64,000 bases of DNA from Candidatus Latescibacterota bacterium (GTDB lineage Bacteria > Latescibacterota > UBA2968 > UBA8231), in NCBI GenBank assembly GCA_965261395.1, contig OZ253462.1, forward strand, positions 864,001 to 928,000. Reading direction: 5' to 3'. Below the pieces are notes generated by a model, which saw only the letters and a list, made by a program, of their open reading frames with translations, was not told where the DNA came from and ran no database searches. Below, in pieces: positions 40,567 through 48,680 of this stretch; within the stretch, counting starts at the first letter, position 1, and every line of letters begins with the position of its first letter. A program made the position numbers and the translations under genes.

Positions 40567-42417
40567 TCACTTGGCTTCTTCCTGGGCCAATACCCCCCAA
40601 TACTGCTCTTGGTCTCCGAGCACTTCTATAGCCTTCGCTAGCTGCACATCCTCCTGCAATTCTGCGAGGAGCTGGGCCTTTCTTCCTCTGAAACGCAAGA
40701 CTAGTTCTCGATGTAAAGCACTCTTTATATAAGGCGCTAACTTGCGGCTATACTGCTGCACCCACTCCTGCCCCACTGCTACTCGCAGTTGATGAAGCGA
40801 CTCCTGTGCCGCCGTACCCCAATCCATTTCCTCCGCCAAGTCCTCAAGTTCTTCTATTTGACTCAACCCTTTTGGGCCTTGATTCAGACTTCCGTCCTTA
40901 GTGCGGACGAATTTCATAAAGCTATTAACCATCTCATCGCTGACGGTCAAGCTAGGATGTTCCGCTGCCCAAGAAGAGTCGGCTGATACATAATCTATGA
41001 CAAAGTCAAAGAAGAGCCGACGACGCTCTAATTCTTGTACGTATGGGGGAAATGACTCTGGATCAATACTAATATCTGGCTTAATACCGCCGCCGCCGAA
41101 GACCTTGCGGCCTTGCTGAGTATAATAGGTTCGGTTTGCAATACTATCCGGCAATCCGTCCGCTCCTATCTTGGATTTACCTACCAAGTCGCCCAAACGG
41201 ATCAAGAGAATGCTCTCTGCGGACTCAGAATTCATATCAAAATGAGATTGGAGCGCAGAAAGGGCCTTAGCCCTATTCCCTGAACGCAAAACGAGGTCCA
41301 TCACTATCTGATGAGGCAGTTCTCTATCGCCGAACAGAACGCGATGCACCGGCCTAGCTATATTCTGTTCGCGGTGAATACTACGCCCACTTGGCGCGTA
41401 GTAGAGCGCCGTCGTCAGCTTCAGAGCACTAGACGCCTCTTCGCGTAAGTCGAATATGGTCTGTACCGAACCTTTGCCAAAGGACGCCCCCCCTATAATC
41501 ACTCCTCGATCGTTGTCTTGGATGGCTCCAGCAACGATTTCGGACGCGCTAGCGCTCCCCTCGTCAATCAGAACTACCAAGGGTATATCTCGCGCAATAG
41601 AGTGACGGTGGGAATACTTGACTTCTTCTCTCCGCCCTTCGCGTTCTTTAATAGAAACGATCGGCACCCCTTGGGGTAAAAACAAATCCGCAACTTGGGT
41701 GGCTTGACTAAACAGGCCCCCTGGATTTCCTCGCAGATCTAAAATTAGCCCTTCAACCCGAGGGAGGCTTTTTATAGCCTCTTCTACTTCACTAGAGGTT
41801 TGCTCGGAAAAACGCGTCCGGCGCATGCTTATATAACCGATTTTACCTTTGAGCTCCTCTACCAGCACAACGCTCTTGATTTTGATAATTTCCCTTTGAA
41901 TTTCAACTTCGCGTGGCGTTGCCCCCAAGTGGGTGGCGACCGAGATTGCGACCTTTGTGCCAGGGTCCCCCTGCAACGCATTGACCACACACTCAAGCTG
42001 CATATCCAGGGTACTCTTGCCTTCGACGGCGACGATCAAGTCGCCTGATCTCAGCCCTGCCCGAAAGGCAGGAGTATCCTCAATAGGGGAAATTACCACG
42101 GGAAAACGATCTTTTATGGCAACCGTAATCCCCAATCCCGTGAACTTGCCTGTAGTGTCTTGGCGCAACTGACGCAGAGCTTCCTCGTCGTAGAACTCGC
42201 TGTATGGATCGAGTTGGCCGAGCATGCCCTTGATGGCTGCGCTCATAACTTCCTCTTGGTCCAGACGGGCGTAATAATTTTCCAGAATGCGCGAATACAC
42301 TGCTCCGAAACGCTCCCAACTGGCATTTACCTCAGCATACGGATCTTCCGTAGTCGCAGCATGGATCGCGGCCCCACTGGCAAACAAAAAAATCAATCCC
42401 ACTAAGATGTGTCTCAT
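40567..42417 (-). CDS. ctpA: S41 family C-terminal processing protease
   Basis: LDPYS, PDZ, DLRGNPGG, SASASEIV, FGKGSVQ, GGGIKPD. Confidence 0.92.
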   Translation of the reverse strand: MRHILVGLIFLFASGAAIHAATTEDPYAEVNASWERFGAVYSRILENYYARLDQEEVMSAAIKGMLGQLDPYSEFYDEEALRQLRQDTTGKFTGLGITVAIKDRFPVVISPIEDTPAFRAGLRSGDLIVAVEGKSTLDMQLECVVNALQGDPGTKVAISVATHLGATPREVEIQREIIKIKSVVLVEELKGKIGYISMRRTRFSEQTSSEVEEAIKSLPRVEGLILDLRGNPGGLFSQATQVADLFLPQGVPIVSIKEREGRREEVKYSHRHSIARDIPLVVLIDEGSASASEIVAGAIQDNDRGVIIGGASFGKGSVQTIFDLREEASSALKLTTALYYAPSGRSIHREQNIARPVHRVLFGDRELPHQIVMDLVLRSGNRAKALSALQSHFDMNSESAESILLIRLGDLVGKSKIGADGLPDSIANRTYYTQQGRKVFGGGGIKPDISIDPESFPPYVQELERRRLFFDFVIDYVSADSSWAAEHPSLTVSDEMVNSFMKFVRTKDGSLNQGPKGLSQIEELEDLAEEMDWGTAAQESLHQLRVAVGQEWVQQYSRKLAPYIKSALHRELVLRFRGRKAQLLAELQEDVQLAKAIEVLGDQEQYWGVLAQEEAK

Positions 42418-42419
42418 GG

Positions 42420-43079
42420 TTACTTTTTCTCCTCAGGAAACCACGACCACTGTCGGCGCAACGCGTCCCGGATTCTTTCGGCTAGCCGATCTATCTCGAG
42501 CTGCGCGTCAAAAACCAAACCTGCTGGATCTTTTTTGGCTATATCTTGGTAGCCTCGGGAAACCTTCTCTTGCAGTGCTATTCCTGTTTGCTCTAACCGA
42601 TCCACGACGTCCCGTCGCCTCAGGCGTGCCCAAGCCACTTCTGTGGGCAAGAGCAGATATATTGTCGCAGCCGGCAAACACTCCCCCACTGCCAGCCGAT
42701 TGACTTGTTTGATCACTTCCAGATCCAAACCGCGCCCATACCCCTGATAGGCTAGTGATGATGCAATATAGCGGTCACAAATAACCACATCTCCCCGCTT
42801 AAGCGACGGTAAGATCACCTCTTCTACATGCTGTGAACGACTGGCTGCGTAGAGGAAGAGTTCCGCCGTAGAGGATATACCCTCTAAGCTTGGATCGAGA
42901 ACAAGCTGGCGAATCCTCTCTGCGATCGGCGTCCCGCCTGGCTCTCTGGTCAGTGTAACCGGAAGACCCGCTTCCCTTAAATACGACGCCAGCACGTGGG
43001 ATTGGGTTGTAGTTCCACTTCCATCGACTCCCTCAAAAACGATGAAATGACCTCGGGACACGACGGCAGGAAAGCGCAA
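42420..43079 (-). CDS. tmk: Thymidylate kinase
   Basis: FEGVDGSG.TTQ, REPGG, DRY..SS.AYQG. Confidence 0.93.
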   Translation of the reverse strand: MRFPAVVSRGHFIVFEGVDGSGTTTQSHVLASYLREAGLPVTLTREPGGTPIAERIRQLVLDPSLEGISSTAELFLYAASRSQHVEEVILPSLKRGDVVICDRYIASSLAYQGYGRGLDLEVIKQVNRLAVGECLPAATIYLLLPTEVAWARLRRRDVVDRLEQTGIALQEKVSRGYQDIAKKDPAGLVFDAQLEIDRLAERIRDALRRQWSWFPEEKK

Positions 43080-43100
43080 GAAAGCCCGATTAGCCCTTTA

Positions 43101-43718
43101 TCAGGACTGCTGGACTGAGGCGGGCGAATTGGGACCAGATTTCAGCCTATTGCGGATATGAGCGAGGCGCTCAACAACCGTATAGTTGGTCGTAACGGCC
43201 AATAAAACCAGCACAAAAACCAAACCTTGATGGCCCATCAGGCTCCCCACGGCCAAGGCAATTAGACGTTCCGGGCGCTGCATAAAGCCCACCTTACAAT
43301 CCTCACCCAGCCCCTCTGCACGAGCCCTTACATAACTAACCATCAGCGAACCAGTAATTGCAAAAAAGAGGATCCCCGAGGGAATCCACTCATCGCGGCC
43401 AATCAAATACGCACCTATTCCAAAATAAATAAATATCTCAGAGTATCGATCTGTAGTCGAATCCAATAAGGCTCCGAACTTGGTCTCCTTGTGGCCTTCC
43501 CTTGCAACCTGTCCATCCAAGATATCGCAGAGACCCGCAACCATCATAATGAGAGCCCCCAATTGTAAATAACCCTTAGCAAAAGCCGCAGTGGCCCCCA
43601 CGTTCATAACTAACCCCATCAGCGTCAGCCAATCCGGTCTGAAGCCCAAGCGAATAAATAAACGCGCCAACGGTCTAAGGACGACCAAAAACCACTTTTT
43701 CAGATATCTATCTAGCAA
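43101..43718 (-). CDS. CDP-alcohol phosphatidyltransferase (phosphatidylinositol-phosphate synthase-like)
   Basis: DILDGQVAR...GALLDSTTD, SYVRARAE, RPER. Start uncertain; TTG 43718 chosen. Confidence 0.88.
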   Translation of the reverse strand: MLDRYLKKWFLVVLRPLARLFIRLGFRPDWLTLMGLVMNVGATAAFAKGYLQLGALIMMVAGLCDILDGQVAREGHKETKFGALLDSTTDRYSEIFIYFGIGAYLIGRDEWIPSGILFFAITGSLMVSYVRARAEGLGEDCKVGFMQRPERLIALAVGSLMGHQGLVFVLVLLAVTTNYTVVERLAHIRNRLKSGPNSPASVQQS

Positions 43719-43828
43719 AAAAGAACCTATTTGTAGAGGTAGGAGGTCATTGAGAACCTGTGTCCTCGATAACCAAGGAAAAATATACATTGTTTTTTTA
43801 GTTTTTTCCAAAAGATTTTACCTTAGAG

Positions 43829-43996
43829 TTTTCCACACCCTCACGAGCAAGTTTTCCACATCATACCTTATAGACTCTACTCAATACCTCCCCTAAATCG
43901 CAACCTATCTATTGGCTAAAATTAAACATATAAGCCTAAAAAAGGGCCTGACTCCTGTGGTTTCTTCTTATTGTGCATGTGGATAAGTGTGGGTAA
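43829..43996. promoter_or_regulatory. Second DnaA-box cluster
   Basis: TTTTCCACA at 43829 and 43852; TGTGGATAA at 43978; TGTGGGTAA at 43988; AT-rich middle. Confidence 0.75.
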
Positions 43997-44049
43997 AACT
44001 TCTCTCGCAATGCCCAATTACTTTGGACCTACGAGACCCTGCTGAGCTA

Positions 44050-44673
44050 TCAGTGATAGCAATTAGTGGCGTGAAATAGCCCCAATGTACTCCCGACTCG
44101 ATCCGCCCTCCATGCCAGCAACCCCGAATCGACAGCATCTTCTCCAAGCGTTGAAAGAATCCAGCCGTGGGGAGACAAATGTCTTTGTACTAGATTAATC
44201 AGTTTCTCTGGAGGAGCCACTGCTCTCGCAGTGACCAAATCAGCTCCTACAGGACTCAAATTTTCTATCCGCTCGTTTACAACTTCGATGCGATCAAGCC
44301 CCACGGACCTTACAACCTCCTTGAGAAAGTGCGCCCGCTTCCTCCTGCTTTCGACGAGAATAAAGTATGAATCGGGAAGAGCGATCTTCAATGGAATGGC
44401 CGGAAATCCAGCTCCAGATCCTATATCCAGAATCAGCCGACGAGAGACACTTGCTACAACCGGAACCATAGTCAACGCCTGTCCCAAGTGCTTTGTTGCT
44501 ACGAAGGACAAGTCTCGCCGAGAGACCAAGTTTATTCTTCTCGACCACTGACTCAAGAGATATAGATATATTTCCAGCTTAGGCCAAGCATCCTCAAAGG
44601 AACAAGATATATCTCTTTTTCTTTTTACCCGCTCAAAGTCCTCACTAATCTCGGATGGTAGTTGGATTACCAT
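44050..44673 (-). CDS. rsmG: 16S rRNA m7G527 methyltransferase
   Basis: INLVS, DIGSGAGFPAIPL, VTARAV. Confidence 0.92.
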   Translation of the reverse strand: MVIQLPSEISEDFERVKRKRDISCSFEDAWPKLEIYLYLLSQWSRRINLVSRRDLSFVATKHLGQALTMVPVVASVSRRLILDIGSGAGFPAIPLKIALPDSYFILVESRRKRAHFLKEVVRSVGLDRIEVVNERIENLSPVGADLVTARAVAPPEKLINLVQRHLSPHGWILSTLGEDAVDSGLLAWRADRVGSTLGLFHATNCYH

Positions 44674-44682
44674 ATCAAATAA

Positions 44683-44698
44683 TGTTCCACGTGGAACA
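44683..44698. other. parS: parS site 1
   Basis: Perfect palindrome TGTTCCACGTGGAACA. Confidence 0.93.
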
Positions 44699-44751
44699 CT
44701 CGCGCAATTCTCAATGCGACACGGAGATTGTCATGGAGCATCGGCAAATAA

Positions 44752-44767
44752 TGTTCCACGTGGAACA
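44752..44767. other. parS: parS site 2
   Basis: Identical TGTTCCACGTGGAACA abutting the mnmE stop; both copies are preceded by CAAATAA. Confidence 0.93.
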
Positions 44768-46129
44768 TTATTTGCCGATGCAAAATTGGGAGAAAATGGA
44801 ATCAAGTACTTCATCCTCTATTGTCTCTCCCAACATCTCTCCTAGGGTATTCAAGGCGTCTTGAAGTTCGGCCACGACGCACTCATCGGGCTGGCTGTAC
44901 CTCAGTAACTCCTCTGCTACAGCACCAGATTTAGCTACTCGCAAGAGACAATCTTGGTGGCGTTGACGGTTGATCCCGATTCCATCTATCTCTCCTCCAT
45001 GGGGCAATTGGGCTGTCACTTCCCTCTTTAACTCTTCAATACCGAACTCCCTAAGTGCTGATATTTCAACGAATACCGAGGCCCGTGCTTCAATTTTAGA
45101 CCGATTACTAATGCCTAGCAAATCAACCTTGTTGAAGACAGCAATTGACTTCTTATCAGCCGGAAGCAGGTCCAACACAGCCATATCGTCCTCACACAAC
45201 TCAGTCGAACCGTCGAATACAGCTAAAACCACATCCGCTTCCCCAACCACCTGCGACGCTCGTTCAATCCCCTCTTTTTCGATTAGGTTGCGACTCTGCC
45301 TAATCCCGGCCGTATCGACCAGCCGTACCGTCTCTCCTGCCCATGTGGTCCGACCTTCCACTAAGTCTCGAGTCGTTCCTGGTAAAGGGGAGACTATTGC
45401 TCGGTCTTCACCGAGCAACACGTTGAGCAATGTGGACTTACCTACGTTGGGACGCCCAATGAGCACTACTAAATATCCCTCTTGACGGCGCCTTGTCCCC
45501 TCGAATGTTTCGGCAAGCCGCAAAGAGGACTCAACTACCTCGTGCAGCACGATCTGTATCTCTTGACGCCCAATATCATTGATGTCTTCGTCGGAAAAAT
45601 CGAGCCCGATCTCGAGCAGTGATAACATCTTAACCAACTGCTTCTTAAGCTCTCTTACCATCTTAGATAGACGACCACTGGCCAAGCCATAGGCATTATC
45701 GAGATGCGCTTTAGAACTGGCCTGGATGAGGTCGATTACAGCCTCAGCTTCTAATAAGTCCAACCGGCCATTGAGAAAGGCTCGACGGGTAAACTCACCT
45801 GGGGCGGCGGCGGCGGCACCCAAGCTAATCGCTTCCTCGACGACAGACTCTAATACGACTGCACTGCCGTGGCAGCTAATCTCGACTGTATCTTCACCGG
45901 TATAAGAATGAGGAGCCGCAAAGACCCAAGCGACTCCGGTGTCGATTTCTCGACCGCCAGCCCATATACGACCATATTCGACGTGTCGGACTCTCTGACC
46001 GAGTGATGGACGGGACCGAAAAATCTGCTGGCTAATAGACAGGGCTTCAGGCCCACTCAAACGCACTATCCCAATTCCCCCCTCCCCCCGTGGCGTAGAG
46101 ATCGCGACAACAGTATCGGTCTGTATCAA
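44768..46129 (-). CDS. mnmE: tRNA modification GTPase MnmE
   Basis: SYTGED, GRPNVGKS, GTTRD, DTAG, NKVD, FCIGK end; start TTG 46129 inferred. Confidence 0.96.
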   Translation of the reverse strand: MIQTDTVVAISTPRGEGGIGIVRLSGPEALSISQQIFRSRPSLGQRVRHVEYGRIWAGGREIDTGVAWVFAAPHSYTGEDTVEISCHGSAVVLESVVEEAISLGAAAAAPGEFTRRAFLNGRLDLLEAEAVIDLIQASSKAHLDNAYGLASGRLSKMVRELKKQLVKMLSLLEIGLDFSDEDINDIGRQEIQIVLHEVVESSLRLAETFEGTRRRQEGYLVVLIGRPNVGKSTLLNVLLGEDRAIVSPLPGTTRDLVEGRTTWAGETVRLVDTAGIRQSRNLIEKEGIERASQVVGEADVVLAVFDGSTELCEDDMAVLDLLPADKKSIAVFNKVDLLGISNRSKIEARASVFVEISALREFGIEELKREVTAQLPHGGEIDGIGINRQRHQDCLLRVAKSGAVAEELLRYSQPDECVVAELQDALNTLGEMLGETIEDEVLDSIFSQFCIGK

Positions 46130-46151
46130 GGAATCGAGATCCGGCTGAAAT

Positions 46152-47864
46152 TCAAGTGCTGGAAGGAGCGGCTTTTTTCTTAAAATGATTGACCAATAGC
46201 TGCTGGCCAATGGTCAAGACATTGAAGATAGTCCAGTAGAGCACTAATCCCGATGACATGCTCCAAAAAATAAAAATCATCACTGCTGGCATCATGTAAA
46301 CCAGAACGGCCTGCTTGGGATCCTTCATAGTCATCTTCTGTTGGATGAGCATGGAGACCGCCATTAACAATGGCAGAACATGAAGACCGAAACCGCCGAT
46401 TAGCAACTCGTCAGGAAGGGAAAGATCTTGTATCCAAAGAGTGAAGGGTGCTTGGCGCAACTCGATTGTTTTGCCAAAAAGATTGTACAGCGAAATGAAA
46501 ATGGGCATCTGCAACAATAGAGGCAGACAGCCCCCGAGAGGATTGACGCCTTCTTCCTTATAGAGCTTCATGGTCTCTCGGCTCAGGCGTTGGTTGTCGT
46601 TTTTGTACTTCTCGCGTAGTGCGGAAATTTTCGGCTGAACCGCCTGCATTTTCGCCGCAGACTCATAGGTTTTGTGCGTGAGCGGATAGACGATAATTTT
46701 GATGACAACGGCGAAAAGGACAATGATCCAACCATAGTTGGGGATATATTGATGGGTCGCTATGAATAGAATGAGTAGAAAGCGGCTTATCTGACTTATG
46801 ATCGGCCACCCGAAATCAATGGCCTGCTCTAGTTCAGCCTCATAGCCGATGAGCTCGTCGTAGTTGAGTGGGCCGAGATAAATGGTGTTATGCCAAGAAT
46901 CAGACCGTTCGAGCCGCCGACCTAGCTGAAAAGAATAGTCGGGTCGCAATTGCGACCCTTGGTGATTGCCCTGCAAGACGACGCGGGAACGCTGCTCGCT
47001 ATCGACGGGGACGCAGGAAATCAAGAAGTACTTGTTGCGAATACCCGCCCATTTTAGTAATCCTTTGTCCTCCAATTCGTCCGATTCCCCATCGTCCACC
47101 TTGAGTTCGACCCGTTCTTCGTTGATATAGGCAAAAGCCCGCATTTCAGGTAGGTCGATTTCCGGCTCGCGCTCGGTAAACGCTATGCCATTTTGCCAAG
47201 TGAGTATGGCTTCGGTATCATCGTCAAACCCCTCGTGACGCACCTGGAGATCGAAGCCATAGCGGTTCCCATTAAAGGTCAATACCTTTTCCAGTCTCCT
47301 GCCCCCCCCGAGTCGGGCCACCATAATCAAGGAGCGCTCTTCACCAGCTCCTATCTGTAGACTCGACTGATTGGCAACAAACTCCGCCGAGGAGATATCC
47401 TCCCTGTAGTTTGCTCTTTGTAGATGGATGCCCAAGCCGCTGCCGGCTGGAGGCAGCAGTTCGATAGTACTTCCATTTACATCTCTGTATTTTAATAGTT
47501 TACACGATGTAATAGTGCCGCCCTTTGTAGAGATAACAAAGCTTTGAAGCGGAGTTTGTACTACAATTTCTTCCGAGATAAAGGACGGACTTTCGGCCGA
47601 TTCGACCCTTTCAATGCCCTGAGACCTTACGGGTGCTGGCCCTTCCGTATGGAGCTGTTCCGCAGGTTCGGGATCTCGTATGGGCTCGGCTTCAAATTGC
47701 TCTTCAGCAACAGAGTCCGTTTCAGGGCTCGGCTTTTGCGGCATGGATTCCTGAGACGGAGACTCGGGCTTAGGATTTAGCCCCATCCAATCATTATAAT
47801 AGGGAAGCAAAAGGAAAATCAAGCCGATGACGAGAAAGGCCAACAGGGTCCGCTTATCTTCCAT
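46152..47864 (-). CDS. yidC: Membrane protein insertase YidC
   Basis: IDFGW, NYGW, GGCLPLLLQMP, GLVLYW. Confidence 0.96.
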   Translation of the reverse strand: MEDKRTLLAFLVIGLIFLLLPYYNDWMGLNPKPESPSQESMPQKPSPETDSVAEEQFEAEPIRDPEPAEQLHTEGPAPVRSQGIERVESAESPSFISEEIVVQTPLQSFVISTKGGTITSCKLLKYRDVNGSTIELLPPAGSGLGIHLQRANYREDISSAEFVANQSSLQIGAGEERSLIMVARLGGGRRLEKVLTFNGNRYGFDLQVRHEGFDDDTEAILTWQNGIAFTEREPEIDLPEMRAFAYINEERVELKVDDGESDELEDKGLLKWAGIRNKYFLISCVPVDSEQRSRVVLQGNHQGSQLRPDYSFQLGRRLERSDSWHNTIYLGPLNYDELIGYEAELEQAIDFGWPIISQISRFLLILFIATHQYIPNYGWIIVLFAVVIKIIVYPLTHKTYESAAKMQAVQPKISALREKYKNDNQRLSRETMKLYKEEGVNPLGGCLPLLLQMPIFISLYNLFGKTIELRQAPFTLWIQDLSLPDELLIGGFGLHVLPLLMAVSMLIQQKMTMKDPKQAVLVYMMPAVMIFIFWSMSSGLVLYWTIFNVLTIGQQLLVNHFKKKAAPSST

Positions 47865-47909
47865 AGGTTTTACTTACCCTTTTATAAACAACGTGTTATT
47901 AACATGCTA

Positions 47910-48119
47910 CTAGCGCAAAGGATCGTACCCATGCCTTCCCCAAGGATGGCAACGACTAATCCGCTTTAGCGCAAGCATCAAGCCTTTGAGTGTCCCGTAC
48001 TTATCTAGTGCTTCTTCGGCATATTGGGAACAAGTAGGTTGATAACGACAGGATGGAGGAAGATATGGAGACAGGAGAAGACGGTAGGCTCGGACGAGGA
48101 AAATGACGATTTGCTTCAT
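47910..48119 (-). CDS. yidD: Membrane protein insertion efficiency factor
   Basis: CRYQPTCSQY, RCHPW..GYDP. Confidence 0.95.
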   Translation of the reverse strand: MKQIVIFLVRAYRLLLSPYLPPSCRYQPTCSQYAEEALDKYGTLKGLMLALKRISRCHPWGRHGYDPLR

Positions 48120-48376
48120 AGTGGGACGAGATTTGCTACCAAGGAGTCCAGTTCCCTTTCCAAGTCAGCAAAGGGAGCTTCAACGGCTGACGGTTGGCAG
48201 AAAACGACCAGATTGCGAGGAAAGTACGGATGGCCGCGGCAAATGCTGCGCAGGCACCGCTTGAGTCGGTTGCGCTTTACAGCATTGCCCAGCTTGCGGC
48301 GGACGACAAATATTTGACCACGATCTTCCCGACCGCAGCGGATCCAAAAGCAACGGCCTCTAACCCAAGCCATCAA
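48116..48376 (-). CDS. rnpA: RNase P protein component (short, N-terminally truncated)
   Basis: RKLGNAVKRNRLKR RNR motif; lies between rpmH and yidD. Confidence 0.85.
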   Translation of the reverse strand: MMAWVRGRCFWIRCGREDRGQIFVVRRKLGNAVKRNRLKRCLRSICRGHPYFPRNLVVFCQPSAVEAPFADLERELDSLVANLVPL

Positions 48377-48379
48377 ACG

Positions 48380-48514
48380 CTAGACTGCTAGCTGCTTGCG
48401 GCCCTTCCGACGACGACGATTGATGATATTGCGACCAGCCGGAGTGCTCATGCGCTTGCGAAAGCCATGCTTGTTGCGGCGGCGCCTGTTGCTGGGTTGA
48501 AATGTGCGTTTCAA
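48380..48514 (-). CDS. rpmH: 50S ribosomal protein L34 (not in ORF track)
   Basis: TTG start; [44 protein letters not shown]. Confidence 0.97.
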   Translation of the reverse strand: MKRTFQPSNRRRRNKHGFRKRMSTPAGRNIINRRRRKGRKQLAV

Positions 48515-48562
48515 AAAGCCTCATCTCATGTTAGGTTTGCAGAGCATGCGCAGAAATAGCCC

Positions 48563-48591
48563 AATTTAGTGGCTATTCTAATTAGTGTCAA
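48563..48591 (-). promoter_or_regulatory. Sigma70 promoter of the rpmH operon
   Basis: Minus strand TTGACA-17bp-TAAATT. Confidence 0.7.
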
Positions 48592-48645
48592 TACCTTAAC
48601 TCTTTGAACGCTAACGAATTTCAACGGCAACCCCGAGAGAGACTC

Positions 48646-48674
48646 TTGACTGCCATACGCCTTCTTTATAGGTT
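48646..48674 (+). promoter_or_regulatory. Sigma70 promoter of dnaA (predicted leaderless)
   Basis: TTGACT-17bp-TAGGTT, ending 6 nt before the ATG. Confidence 0.55.
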
Positions 48675-48680
48675 GAAAAA

